Shown: positions 1-11,700, counted from the stretch's first letter. The stretch is DNA of 64,000 nucleotides from an uncultured Alphaproteobacteria bacterium (GCA_937888635.1 CALARG010000004.1:7193-71192); one strand, 5' to 3'. Notes: a model not told the origin generated them from the sequence alone. Numbers and translations are program-made.

Positions 1-195
1 GTCTAAACTGTCTGCGCGAACCATAAATTCAGATTCTGGGATAAAGTTCGGGTCGTCTGGATATGCATAGTATGATTGCACAGGTGTTTGGGTGTATATT
101 GTTTGAAAATCCTGATTTATAACTTCTTCGGTTGCAGAAAATGCGGAAAAACCGCAAAAAACAGTTAAAAATGCAATAGATAATGGTCTTAGCAT
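1..195 (-). CDS. Partial ORF whose 3' end lies beyond the window start; small secreted hypothetical protein
   Basis: Reverse-complement reading from an ATG at 193-195 (on the complement) gives MLRPLSIAFLTVFCGFSAFSATEEVINQ..., a signal-peptide-like N-terminus. It is open to the window edge and no homolog was recognised. Confidence 0.4.
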   Translation of the reverse strand, partial: MLRPLSIAFLTVFCGFSAFSATEEVINQDFQTIYTQTPVQSYYAYPDDPNFIPESEFMVRADSLD

Positions 196-331
196 GATAT
201 GGCCTTTTGTTCTCTCGTGTTGAATATTAGAACATTTTAGATATTTGTGTAAAGTGAAAATTTTTTATTGAAATTTGATATGCGTTTGTTCTACTGTTTG
301 TGCAGAATTAAATAAGAAAGGTGGAAAAGTA

Positions 332-991
332 ATGGTTGATTTAATTATTTCTGGTGAATCAGGTAAATTGCATGCGGTGTATCATAAATCTGCCCAGCCA
401 TCGGCGCCGCTGGCGGTGGTGCTGTCGGGTAATCCGCGTCAGAAATATCATATGAACGATCGGGTTTCGTATGCTATGTTTCGTGCGTTTATGGATATTG
501 GTTTTTCGGTGGTGCGTTTTAACTATCGTGGTGTTGGCGATTCCGAAGGGGTAATTGGAACAACATCTGAAAATATGCTGGATATCGCAACGGTGATTGA
601 CTGGATTCAAAATCATAACGAAGACAGTGACAAGATTTGGTTGGCGGGACATCAATTGGGGGCATGGTATGTATTGCAGGCGATGATGCGCCGACCCGAG
701 ATTTCAGGGTTTGCATTGGTGTCGCCTGATGCGTCTGTGTCGGACTTTGCATTTTTATCACCACGGCCAAATCGTGGGTTGTTGTTGCAGGGGGCGGCAG
801 AATCAGATGAAGCGCGCGCATTTGCAACGCACCTGACCCAGGTTTTGAAAAAACAGGCGCAAATTGATTTGGAAACAATTCGTGTGCGTGGCGCAGATGC
901 AATGTACAGCCAGCCAGCAGACCTGCGCCAAATGTACAATGATTTAAAGGCCTATGTAGGACGCGAAAACGAAGAAGATAAGTTGTTGTAA
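332..991 (+). CDS. Alpha/beta-hydrolase-fold protein (esterase/thioesterase-like)
   Basis: The ORF 275..991 has a likely start at the ATG at 332, preceded by AAGGTGGAAAAG. Motifs VVLSGNP..., [12 protein letters not shown] and a nucleophile-elbow-like [10 protein letters not shown] are present. The stop overlaps the ruvB start (TAATAATG). Confidence 0.6.
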   Translation: MVDLIISGESGKLHAVYHKSAQPSAPLAVVLSGNPRQKYHMNDRVSYAMFRAFMDIGFSVVRFNYRGVGDSEGVIGTTSENMLDIATVIDWIQNHNEDSDKIWLAGHQLGAWYVLQAMMRRPEISGFALVSPDASVSDFAFLSPRPNRGLLLQGAAESDEARAFATHLTQVLKKQAQIDLETIRVRGADAMYSQPADLRQMYNDLKAYVGRENEEDKLL

Positions 992-993
992 TA

Positions 994-1983
994 ATGCAGA
1001 GCAAAGAACGTTTTTTAGATGCCAATATTCCAGATGAAATGGCGGCAACAATTCGTCCGCGGTCGTTGTCTGACTTTATTGGACATGAAAGTTTGAAACA
1101 AAATCTGTCGGTGTTTGTTTCGGGTGCGCGTTCGCGTGGCGAAGCAATGGATCATGTGTTGTTGTATGGTCCCCCGGGGCTTGGTAAGACAACATTGGCG
1201 CATATTGTTGCAAATGAATTGGGGACAAACTTTCGGGCGACGGCGGCACCTATGTTGACCAAGCAGGGGGATTTGGCCGCGATTTTGACGGCGTTGGAAC
1301 CGATGGATGTGCTGTTTATTGATGAAATTCATCGTTTGCCGACCGCGATAGAAGAAGTTTTGTATTCCGCAATGGAAGATTTCAAGTTGGATATTATGCT
1401 GGGCGAAGGCCCCAGCGCAAAAAGCGTGCGTATTGACCTGCCCCCGTTTACACTGGTTGGGGCGACGACGCGTACGGGGTTGCTGTCTAATCCATTGCGC
1501 GACCGATTTGGAATTGATTTAAGACTGACATTCTATTCGCCTGAAGATTTGGCGCGGATTATTATGCGCAGTGCAAATATTCTGGGAACGCCGATTGATG
1601 CAGATGGTGCGCTGATGTTGGCGCGTTCGTCCCGTGGTACGCCGCGTATTGCAAATCGGTTGCTGAAACGTGCACGTGACTTTGCGGCGGCATTGGGAAA
1701 AAATCAAATAACGGCTGATACGATTAAGACCACCTTGTTCCAGTTGCATATTGATGAATGCGGTTTGGATGAAATTGACCGTGAATACATGAATATGATT
1801 ATCAAGTTCTATGCTGGTGGACCGGTCGGAATTGAGAATTTGGCCGCTGCGTTGTCAGAGCCGGCCGATACAATTGAAGATGTGATTGAGCCTTATTTGA
1901 TGCAATTGGGATTTGTTCAACGCACACCACGCGGTCGTGTTATCACGGATGCAGGTTATAAACATCTGGGGGTGGAAAAGTAA
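994..1983 (+). CDS. ruvB: Holliday junction branch migration helicase RuvB
   Basis: Walker [15 protein letters not shown], Walker B/sensor LFIDEIHRL and the RuvB C-terminal winged-helix region are present; the size of 329 aa fits. Confidence 0.95.
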   Translation: MQSKERFLDANIPDEMAATIRPRSLSDFIGHESLKQNLSVFVSGARSRGEAMDHVLLYGPPGLGKTTLAHIVANELGTNFRATAAPMLTKQGDLAAILTALEPMDVLFIDEIHRLPTAIEEVLYSAMEDFKLDIMLGEGPSAKSVRIDLPPFTLVGATTRTGLLSNPLRDRFGIDLRLTFYSPEDLARIIMRSANILGTPIDADGALMLARSSRGTPRIANRLLKRARDFAAALGKNQITADTIKTTLFQLHIDECGLDEIDREYMNMIIKFYAGGPVGIENLAAALSEPADTIEDVIEPYLMQLGFVQRTPRGRVITDAGYKHLGVEK

Positions 1984-2409
1984 ATGTTTAGGCTGGTCGT
2001 TGCTTTTTGTGTTTCATTGGTGGTTGCAGGTTGCGCATCAGATGTGGTTTATAAAAATAATGCGCGTGCATATACTGTTGCAGGCAAAACATATCAACCG
2101 TTGAAGAGTGCGGACGGGTATTCTGAAACAGGTGTTGCGTCTTGGTATGGTAAAAAGTTTCATGGTCGTAAAACCGCCAGCGGCGAACGCTATAATCAAA
2201 ACAAGATGACTGCGGCGCATAAAACCTTGCCTTTTGGGACACGGGTGCGTGTTAAAAATTTAGAAAATGGAAAAACTGCAAGTGTTGTAATTAATGACCG
2301 TGGGCCGTTTACCAAGGGACGGGTTATTGATGTTTCACGTGCGGCAGCACGAAAGTTAGATATGGTTAATTCTGGTACGGCACGTGTGCGAATTAGTGTG
2401 GAGAATTAG
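1984..2409 (+). CDS. rlpA: Septal ring lytic transglycosylase RlpA-family lipoprotein (DPBB domain)
   Basis: A lipobox LVVAGCAS is followed by ASWYGKKFHGRKTASGERYN...AAHKTLPFGTRVRVKNLENGKTASVVINDRGPF, which is a RlpA-like double-psi beta-barrel. Confidence 0.85.
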   Translation: MFRLVVAFCVSLVVAGCASDVVYKNNARAYTVAGKTYQPLKSADGYSETGVASWYGKKFHGRKTASGERYNQNKMTAAHKTLPFGTRVRVKNLENGKTASVVINDRGPFTKGRVIDVSRAAARKLDMVNSGTARVRISVEN

Positions 2410-2411
2410 GG

Positions 2412-2789
2412 GTGACCAAAATACATAGATTTCCATTTACAATTGCCTATGCAGATACAGATGCCGAAGGTATCGTTTATCATGCGCGATATCTGGAAAT
2501 TGCAGAGCGTGCGCGTATGAACTGGCTGCGCGGGCATGTTGTGGTTGGCGATGATATTGGCTTTGTTATTCGCGAGTTGAATATTAAATATATGCAACCC
2601 TTGCGTGCGGCAGATGAATTTGTGGTTGAAACACAAATGGTTGATGTTGGGGCAGCACTTGTTAGGATAGAACAAAAGTTCGTGAAAGACGGTGCGGTTT
2701 GTGCTATAATCAATCTTAAGGTCGCGTATTTAGGGGCAGACATGCGCCCGAAACGGATACCTGAAGAATTTATCACAGGTTTGGTTTAA
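2412..2789 (+). CDS. ybgC: Tol-Pal-associated acyl-CoA thioesterase YbgC (4HBT family)
   Basis: GTG start. The hotdog-fold motif FTIAYADTDAEGIVYHARYLEIAERAR matches, and the gene sits immediately upstream of tolQRA as in the conserved ybgC-tolQRA order. Confidence 0.85.
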   Translation: MTKIHRFPFTIAYADTDAEGIVYHARYLEIAERARMNWLRGHVVVGDDIGFVIRELNIKYMQPLRAADEFVVETQMVDVGAALVRIEQKFVKDGAVCAIINLKVAYLGADMRPKRIPEEFITGLV

Positions 2790-2808
2790 TTAAAAAAGGG
2801 TCAGAGAG

Positions 2809-3288
2809 ATGGAAGGAAGTTTTTCGTTGTTAAGTTTATTTACAGGCGATTGGATGACGGTGTTTGTGTCAATCGTGTTGGTGATTTTTAGTGTTATTTC
2901 ATGGACGGTGATTGTAGAGAAAATTCGTCTGTGGCGGATGCAAAAAAGAACCCCAATGAAAATGAAGCCGGATGAAAATATTGATGTCTTTATTCGTCCA
3001 TTTGATAAGAATCTGTGGTTCTTGTCTATGGTGGCATATATTTCGCCGTTTATTGGTTTGTTTGGAACAGTTTGGGGGGTTATGGATTCTTTTGCTGCGA
3101 TTGGTGTTAATCAATCGGTCAGTATTGGTGTGATTGCGCCTGGGTTGGCGGTTGCGTTGGGGACAACTGCGTTGGGGTTGATTGCGGCGATTCCAGCGGC
3201 AATTGCACATCAATATTTTACAAAAAAATCAGATGATTTGTATGAACGACTGGAATGTGCATGCAAAGAACATAAAAATCAAAAATAA
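2809..3288 (+). CDS. tolQ: Tol-Pal system protein TolQ (MotA/TolQ/ExbB proton channel, compact form)
   Basis: Three predicted TM segments with the conserved GLFGTVWGVMDSF and AL.TTALGLI.AIPA motifs. At 159 aa it is shorter than the usual ~230 aa because the cytoplasmic loop is short. Confidence 0.85.
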   Translation: MEGSFSLLSLFTGDWMTVFVSIVLVIFSVISWTVIVEKIRLWRMQKRTPMKMKPDENIDVFIRPFDKNLWFLSMVAYISPFIGLFGTVWGVMDSFAAIGVNQSVSIGVIAPGLAVALGTTALGLIAAIPAAIAHQYFTKKSDDLYERLECACKEHKNQK

Positions 3289-3299
3289 TGGTGTGATAT

Positions 3300-3698
3300 A
3301 TGTCCAGACTAAGACGCAGAAATACCGACAGTTCTATTCAATTAACGCCAATGATTGATGTTATGACGGTGCTGTTGGCGGTGTTTATGGTGACAACACC
3401 TATGATGACAACCGGGATTGATTTGGAATTGCCGCGTGCGGGCGCATCGGCAATGACAGGTAATGATCATGCAATTCAAATCAGTGTGGATTCGCATGGG
3501 CGATATTTCCTGTCAGAGATGGAATTGCCAAGGGATGAAATTGTAAAACGCGCAATTGCAATGCGTGGGGAAAATCCAAATTTAACCATTATGATAAGTG
3601 GTGATACGCATGCGGATTATGGCGCGGTAATGAGCATGATGGGTAAACTGAAAGATTCAGGTTTTCAAAAGGTTGGACTGCGTACGCAACCGGAATAA
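3300..3698 (+). CDS. tolR: Tol-Pal system protein TolR (ExbD/TolR family)
   Basis: IQLTPMIDVMTVLLAVFMVTTPMM TM helix followed by a periplasmic domain; 132 aa. Confidence 0.9.
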   Translation: MSRLRRRNTDSSIQLTPMIDVMTVLLAVFMVTTPMMTTGIDLELPRAGASAMTGNDHAIQISVDSHGRYFLSEMELPRDEIVKRAIAMRGENPNLTIMISGDTHADYGAVMSMMGKLKDSGFQKVGLRTQPE

Positions 3699-3703
3699 AA
3701 TAA

Positions 3704-4495
3704 ATGACAAAATTTAACCGATTTTCATCAGAAAATATCTTGATTTCTGTTGCAGGACACCTGGTTTTGGTGGCGGTTTTAATTACTTCTTTTGCAGTGG
3801 TGGTTAATCGTGCAAAAATGGTTGCGCCAGACAGAATTCAAATTATGGAAATTGACTTAAATGATGTTGTTGTGACAGGTGATGAAACAAAACTGTATAA
3901 TGTCGGTAATGTCGCAGAATCTAAGCCAGAAGAACCAACCCCGGTCCCAGATGCTAAGCCTGATGAAAAAGAAGAAATAACAGAGAATGAACCAGAAGAG
4001 GTAAAACAACCAACATTGGTTGAAGAACCTGAAAAGAAACAAGAAGAAGCGCAAGAAGAAAAGAAAGAAGATAAAAAGGAACAGGAAAAAAAACAAGAAT
4101 CAAAACCAGTTGAACCGGCCCCTGCCCCAAAAAAGCGCAAGGTTGTTCGTGTCAATCGCGAGGTTTTATCACTGGACAGAACATTGACGGTTTCTGTTGT
4201 TGATGCGTTGCGTGTGGCAATGACGCGTTGTTGGGTGATTGATTCTGCGCGTCCAGATATAACAGATATTCGTGCAGTTGCGCATTTGACAATGCGAAAA
4301 AATGGTACAGTGCGTGATGTTTGGTTTGAATCCCAGGCGCGTGAAGAAACAGACGCGGCGTTTGCGTATGTCTTGGAAACTATACGCGCGGCGATAAATC
4401 GGTGTCAGCCATTGCGGATGCTGCCGGAAAAAGAATTTTCAAAGTGGGAGAAAATCCAGTTAACCTTTTATCCAACCCAGGGTAAGGTTATGTAG
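3704..4495 (+). CDS. tolA: TolA-like protein (N-terminal TM anchor, Lys/Glu/Pro-rich linker, C-terminal TolA domain)
   Basis: N-terminal TM helix, a strongly charged KEE repeat linker, and position directly after tolQR. Confidence 0.7.
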   Translation: MTKFNRFSSENILISVAGHLVLVAVLITSFAVVVNRAKMVAPDRIQIMEIDLNDVVVTGDETKLYNVGNVAESKPEEPTPVPDAKPDEKEEITENEPEEVKQPTLVEEPEKKQEEAQEEKKEDKKEQEKKQESKPVEPAPAPKKRKVVRVNREVLSLDRTLTVSVVDALRVAMTRCWVIDSARPDITDIRAVAHLTMRKNGTVRDVWFESQAREETDAAFAYVLETIRAAINRCQPLRMLPEKEFSKWEKIQLTFYPTQGKVM

Positions 4496-4537
4496 CATAA
4501 GGCCTGCGGGAGAGAGAAGAAAACCAAAGGCAACAGT

Positions 4538-5656
4538 ATGATTAAAGATTACTATTCAGAAAATTGGTATCAGGCAACAGATAAATTTATTAAAAATGCC
4601 CAAGGGCGTGGTGTGTTGCGGTGGTGTGTTATGCCGGGACATGAATATGATATTCCATATTTAACAATTGGTAATGGTGAAAATCGTGTGGTGATTAATT
4701 CTGGTGTTCATGGGATAGAAGGCTATTTTGGCAGCGCTGCGCAAAATATGTTTCTGGACAAGATGGTGGACAGTTTGCCAACGAAATTATTGGATAAGTA
4801 TACAATTGTTTTGGTGCATGTTGTCAATGGGTGGGGAATGCAAAATCGTATGCGTGAAGTTATGGACAAGACGCATGGCGGTTTGGTTGACTTAAATAGA
4901 AATTTTGGGGTTGATTTTGATAATAAATCTGCCCTGCCCCAAAATCCAAAGTATGATTTGGCGCATGATTTGCTGCTGTCACGACCAGATAAAGTTCAAA
5001 AGAAAAATGCAATCAAGGAATTTCGCCAAAAACATTTGCATGATGGTGTATGGAGTGCCATCAGTTATGGACAGTATAAGCATCCGTATGGGTTGTTCTA
5101 TGGTGGTGTGGCGCCTATGACAGAAAATAAGATGACATTAAGTATATACGATAATATTATGTGTGGTGCAAAATCATTGATATCTGTTGGGTTGCATACT
5201 GGTCTGGGGCGGTTTGACAAACGGCGTGCGTATGTGTCGTCGCATTTGTTGGTGTCGCATCCAAAAGCACACAAAAATACGCAATATTTTTCAGACATAT
5301 TGCATGGTACGGAAATCGTTTCTGATGAATTGGCGATAAATGGTCCAACCCTGTTGGGCGACTTAGTTGATTGTTTAGAGGCGCGATATGCAACAGCACA
5401 ATTGCCTGTATATACAGCCGACTTTGAAATTGGCACAGGCGAGTTTCCAATTATGTCGCCAATTTATAAAAGAATGGACATGGGTGATGCGCGTTATGAT
5501 TTGATAAATTATGGCAAAATTAATCCACAGACCTGGGCTAATTTAACAGAAAGTTGGTATCCATCAGATGTTAGATGGCGTGTGGGCGCATTGGAACGCG
5601 CACATATTTTGTTTAAAGAAATGTTTGATGAATTGACAAAAAAAGTACAGCGTTAA
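4538..5656 (+). CDS. M14-family zinc carboxypeptidase-like protein (DUF2817/succinylglutamate desuccinylase-like fold)
   Basis: An HxxE zinc motif in GVHGIEGY and the carboxypeptidase signature GLVDLNRNF are present. It occupies the position where tolB-pal would be expected. Confidence 0.55.
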   Translation: MIKDYYSENWYQATDKFIKNAQGRGVLRWCVMPGHEYDIPYLTIGNGENRVVINSGVHGIEGYFGSAAQNMFLDKMVDSLPTKLLDKYTIVLVHVVNGWGMQNRMREVMDKTHGGLVDLNRNFGVDFDNKSALPQNPKYDLAHDLLLSRPDKVQKKNAIKEFRQKHLHDGVWSAISYGQYKHPYGLFYGGVAPMTENKMTLSIYDNIMCGAKSLISVGLHTGLGRFDKRRAYVSSHLLVSHPKAHKNTQYFSDILHGTEIVSDELAINGPTLLGDLVDCLEARYATAQLPVYTADFEIGTGEFPIMSPIYKRMDMGDARYDLINYGKINPQTWANLTESWYPSDVRWRVGALERAHILFKEMFDELTKKVQR

Positions 5657-5793
5657 GTTGTGTCTGTGGTTGTCCAAGAAATGGTTTGTCATATCTGTAT
5701 ATACAGGCGTAAAATTTAGGTTTTTTTGTTATTTTTCACTTGCCCAAAAGGCTGTTTTTTTTCTAGGATTTATATTAATGAGAGGGTAAGTAC

Positions 5794-8700
5794 ATGAATT
5801 TGAAATGCTTAATGTCCAGAATTTCGGCGTTTTTTGCGTCATTGTTGTTTATGGTTGTTTTTGCAACCGAATCGTTTGCGGCGATGTATTTGCCTGGACA
5901 GGTGATTGAAAAGTTTAACTATATCAGTAATGTGACCTTTACGGCGCAGTATACTGCGGTGGTGTGTGACGCAGGCACGTACCTGCCCGAAGGTGGCGAA
6001 GAATGTGTTGCGTGTCCGGCGGGGTATTATTGTTTAGGTGGTGGTGCGCCTGTTGTGTGTCCGGCGGGGCGCTATTGTTTGTCTGGCACACAAAGCGCAA
6101 ATGGTTCTGGGCTGGTCGCGGCTGGGTACTATTCAACGGGTGGTGCAAAAGTTCAAAATCCTCAATTTGCAGAAGACTGTGTTGGTGATGGTAATGCGTG
6201 TGGTTTAATTGATGCGGGATACTGGGGTGCGGCTGGCGCAACAACCAGTACTGGTTCTGGAAAGGTTGCGGCTGGATACTATAATCTGGGTGGTGGTACA
6301 TCGGCAACGCCAGAGGTTCGCGGAAAAGGTTGCGTAAATGTCAGCACCACGCAATGCGGTACGGTCGCACCAGGTTATTGGGGCGAAGCGGGCGCAACAA
6401 GATATGGTGGCTCTGGGGCTGTTGCGCCGGGATACTATTCAACAGGTGGTGCAACATCCAGAACACCAAGTGCCAGTGGCTGTGCCGGCAAGGTTGCGAT
6501 TATAGAAAATGGCAAGCTGATGGGTGCATCTGATGTTGATAACACGTGTGGACAGGTTCAGGCCGGATACTGGAACAATGCATGTGGTATTAATGCAACC
6601 GGTGGTGTTTGCAGTGCCGAATACCAAGGTGGTGTAATTGCAGCAGGTCATTGGGGAACAGTGGGCGCAACAGACAGTGCTGGGTCGGGACTTCTAACCC
6701 CAGGATATTATTCAACCGGTGGTGCAACAATTGAGTTCCCAGATCCAAATCAGTGTGTCGGTAATAATACATGCGGTGCGGTTGCAGCAGGATATTGGAA
6801 TAATGGTGGTGGTACATCTGCAAATGGAACATGTGTCAGTGGCAAGTCTTGTGGTCAGGTTAATGCGGGCTACTATTCAACTGGTGGTGGTACATCTGCA
6901 ACGCCAACAGCCGCAGGTAATGGATGTTTGGCTAATAAGTCTTGTGGTACATGTGCAAACTGGACATATTCTGGTGCGGGTGCGGCATCATGTACCGCCT
7001 GTCCAGCGGTAGAGTCTGGTTATGCAAAACTGGACAGCACAGGTACAGGATGGACGACATATCAGAAGTGTGTTGAAATTGCGACAGAATCACCAGAAAA
7101 CTGTGCATCTGGTAAATTGCAGAAGATCCCAACTGCATCTGGCGCAACGACATGGGCAACAGCAACAGTTAATGCGAATAATCCGTTGGTGGCAAAGCCG
7201 GGATATATCGTAAGTGGTACGGCATGTTTGTCAGAGGGCTATGTGGTGTCGTTTGAGACCAATGGTGGCACCGATGTAGCAGATATGACATGTACGGTTG
7301 AATCAGCGGATATTACCCTGCCAACACCAACCAAGACAGGTTATACATTTGGTGGATGGTATCAGAATTCTGCTTTGACAGGTAATGCGGTATCTGTGAT
7401 TGCCAAGGGAACATGTACATCTGCGTATAAACTGTATGCAAAATGGACGGTAATTGAACGCAAGATTACTTTGAATGCAAATGGTGGCACAATTGTTGGT
7501 GGCAGCAGTGCAACACCAAGTGCGTGTACGGTTGAAACGGCGGATATTACCCTGCCGAAACCAACCAAGACAGGTTATACATTTGGTGGATGGTATCAGA
7601 ATTCTGCTTTGACTGGTACTGCGGTGACCAAAATCGCTAAGGGTGCATGTTTGTCAGATTATACACTGTATGCCAAGTGGACGGTTAATACATATACTGT
7701 TACATTGGATGCGAATGGTGGTACAGGTGGTGATACATCTGTGACGGCGACATATGGTGAATTGTTACCAGCAATTAGCGCGTTGCCAAGCCAGGACGGT
7801 TATGACTTTAATGGTTATTGGTCTGCAAAGACAGGTGGTGTTCAGTATTATAATATGTCTGGTGCCGCAATTGAAAAATGGTCAACGGATGCAGCAGGTA
7901 CATTGTATGCACAATGGGCAGCAAAGGGGACCTGTGCGGCGGGTACATATTATAACGAAGAAACAGGTGCTGTGGAAACATGCCCAGCAGGCAGTTATTG
8001 TGCCGGTGGAACATGGGGCAATGATGGAAACAACTGTGCGATAGCAAAATGTCCAAGTGACTATCCAAACAGTGTTGCAGGCGCATCAGAGGAAGGACAG
8101 TGTTATAAGGCATCTCCAAAATGCTGGTGTTCGCATGATGAGGCAGAATGTGCTTCCAAGGGGGCGAATAGTTGTATGTATAATGATGTGCGGTTCCAGG
8201 GTGTGACCTATAAGTCAAATCCTGATATGTGTGTAGCTGCGCCTGGCAGTTCCGATAATACTTATTGTGAGATAATCAAGGTGTCTTGTAAGGCGGGGAC
8301 GTATTATACCCCAACTGGAGATATTGAAGATGGCAGTTGCGTATCATGCGCCACATTGGGGGATGGTTCTTTTAAGACTTCATATCCTTCGTTGGTAAAA
8401 TATGTTGCGGATTCTGATACAGGGTCAACGGCGTGCTTCAAATCGGTTGACTTGCCATGTACAGCGCCGGTTTGTCCTTTGAGTGGGACTGGGGTATGTG
8501 CCTATGATGCAAGTCACTCTATATTAGGTGGTGGATATTTGTTTTACGGTACAGATGAGCCATTGCCTGGTTCTGCAGCAGCGTATGTGTGCCCGAATGC
8601 ATCGTTCACATGTAATACAGGGTATGACAAGAATGAAAATGCGGATATAGATCCAACAGATGGATCGGCGTCTGTGCCAGAAGAACTGTGTACGCCGCAT

Positions 8701-11700
8701 GTGTATACATTTACATTGGATCCAAATGGTGGTGAAACGGCAGTTGGTAAGATATACGAAAAGTATTCTGTAGGTTGGTATAGTAATGAAGCGGCAACCG
8801 CTAAGATTACCAAGGTTGCGGTTCCGGTGCGTCCAGGCTATACATTCGCAGGATATTATACCAAGATGACTGCATTGGAAGGGGCTGTGCCTGTAATAGG
8901 TGTTGCGGGTAATATATTGGATGAACCAGATGTGGCTGCAGATGCTGTGCTGTATGCTTGGTGGCAGGTTAATACTTACACAGTTAAGTATAATGCGGCC
9001 GGTGCATCGGGAACGATGGACAGTGTGGTTCATACCTGTGATGAACCGTTGAATTTGACACCGAATGCGTTTACATCGGCAACAAATGATCAGCAATTCA
9101 TGGGATGGGCGACAGAGCCGAATGCGGCAACGCCGGAATACACAGATGGTCAAAAGGTTGTTAATTTGACGCTGGTCAATAATGCGGTGGTTACATTGTA
9201 CCCTGTGTGGAAGGCATGTACAGCATGTGCAGCGGGTAAAGGTGCAACATGTTCACTGACGGCGCCGGTTGGGGTTTGTACATATACAACTGCGTGTGCG
9301 GCTAATTATGAAAATCTGCAAAACGCGGGCAAGTATAATCCAACATGTTCTGCAGTTAAATATGCTGTAAACATGGAAACAAACGGTGGTGAAATCAGCA
9401 GTGACTATACAATGGTGTCACAGTGTACGGTTGAATCTGGTGTGATTGTATTGCCAACTGCGGCGCAGATTTCGCGTGAAGACTATCGCTTTGAGGGTTG
9501 GTATGATAATGTTGCGACCACAGGCAGTGCGATATCATCAATCCCAGCGGGTGGATGTACGACAAATAAGACATTGTATGCAAAATGGGTGATAAATGTT
9601 GAGATGTGTCAGCCAGGCATGTACTATAATGGTACTTCGTTTGTGGCATGTCCAAAGGGATACTATTGCCCAGGTGAAGGTAAAGTGACAATGGGTGTTG
9701 CAGGATGCCGTACCGTATGTCCAAGTGGATATGATGATGGTGGTACAGGGTACAGTGATGAATCACAATGTCAGATTTCTGTGCCACAGGGTTCTTACCT
9801 GGCCACAGCCAAGGGAACCAACACGACTGTTTGCCCTGCAGGGAAGTATACATCGGGTGCGGTTTTGGTTTCGTATGGTGATACCAGCAGTTGCGCATCT
9901 TGCGAGGCAGGCAATTATTGCAGCAATGGTACAAAGCGCAGTTGTGCGACCGAAACAGACGGCGTGTTTGCAAGCAGTGTGGCAAATAGTGACAATATTA
10001 ATGATTGCTATACTGTGACGGTGGCGGGTAAATACATTGCGGACAATGCTGTTAAGACCTGTGTTGTGCCTTATTACTGTCCGGGTGATATAAAGGTATC
10101 GTATGGCAATTCTGGTGGTAATTTATCGTGCGCAGATTTGTCAGATGATGTGACATGGCAAAGTGGCGTGACAGCCAGTGGGGCAAGTACACCTGATAAG
10201 TGCTATGTAGTGGTTGCGGACGGTAAATACTGGAATGGTGATGCGTTTGCAACATGTAAGGCAGGAACATACAAGACAGAACATAATGTCTATTATGGTC
10301 AGAAAAGTAGTTGTGCGACCTGCCCTGCGGGATATACTTCTGAAGCGGGTGCATCAGAATGTTATCTGACCACGACAGCGGGCAAGTATGTTGCGACCGC
10401 TGGCAAGGGTGAAGTTGAATGTAAGGCAGGCGATTTCTGCCCAGGTGGTGTCAAGGTTATGGTCAGCGGTGTTGGTGGAAACACAGCGTGTAAGACACTG
10501 GCAGGTGGTAAATACAGTATGTCTGCAGCCGGTACAAAGAGTGCGGATATGTGCTATACAGAAAGTTGCGCGTTGGCAACCAATGCAACAACGATGAGTG
10601 GTAAAGATTACTATGGTGCGTCTGTTGCGGATACATGTGTGGCGACATTATGTAAAGCAGGCTTTACAGTTGTTGGTGGTGCATGTTCAGTATGTCCAGC
10701 GAACAATGTATGTAATCCAGCCAAAGATGCGGGTAAACCATATACTTGTTCTGAATTGACAGGTGGGGTTTATACAAAGTCTGCGGCACAGACTGGTACA
10801 GTTGATAATTGCTATCTGACCACGACGGCGGGCAAGTATGTTGCGACTGCGGGTCAAGGCGAAGTTGAATGTCTGGCAGGTGGATACTGTGCGGGTGGTG
10901 TTGATGTAAAACGCACAGGCACAGGTGGCCGTGAAGCGTGCCCAGCGGGTTATGCAATGTCTGGGACGGGGGCGTCTGAGATAAATCAGTGCTATGCGAA
11001 CTGTGCTATGTATTCACATGCAACACAGATGGCGGGTAAAGACTTCTATGGAACGGGTGTTGATACCTGTGAAGCAGTAGAGTGTGAGACAGGATTTGTC
11101 TTGGCAAATGGTACATGTGGCAGCTGTCCGGCCAATAGCGTGTGCGATCCAAACTATGATGGTGGCAAACCGCATACATGTTCTGAATTGACCAATGGTA
11201 AGTATACCTTGTCGTTAGAGAACAGTTCATCAATTGATGCGTGTTATACGATAACGACACCGGGTAAGTATGTTGCGGTTGCAGGTCAAGGCGAAGTGGC
11301 ATGTAAGGTTGGTGATTACTGTTTGGGTGGCGTAAAGGTTATGTATACGGCCACAGGTGGTAATTCAGCGTGTTCAGCATTTGGTGCGGGTTATTCATCA
11401 GATGTTGGTGCAAGTGTAGAAACCCAGTGCTATCAGCGTTGTGCGTTGGCAGCAAATGCAACCCAGATGTCAGGTCGTGATTACTATGGAACGGATGCGA
11501 CAGATACATGTGCAGTTGCATCTTGTGTGTCAGGCTATACGGTTGCAGGTGGTGTATGTTCGGTATGCCCAGCGGATCATGTGTGCGACCCTGCCAAGGA
11601 TAATGGCGCACCACATACATGTTCTGAATTGACAGACGGTGTTTATACAAAGTCTGCAATGCAGAATGGGTCGGTTGATAATTGCTATCTGATTACAACG

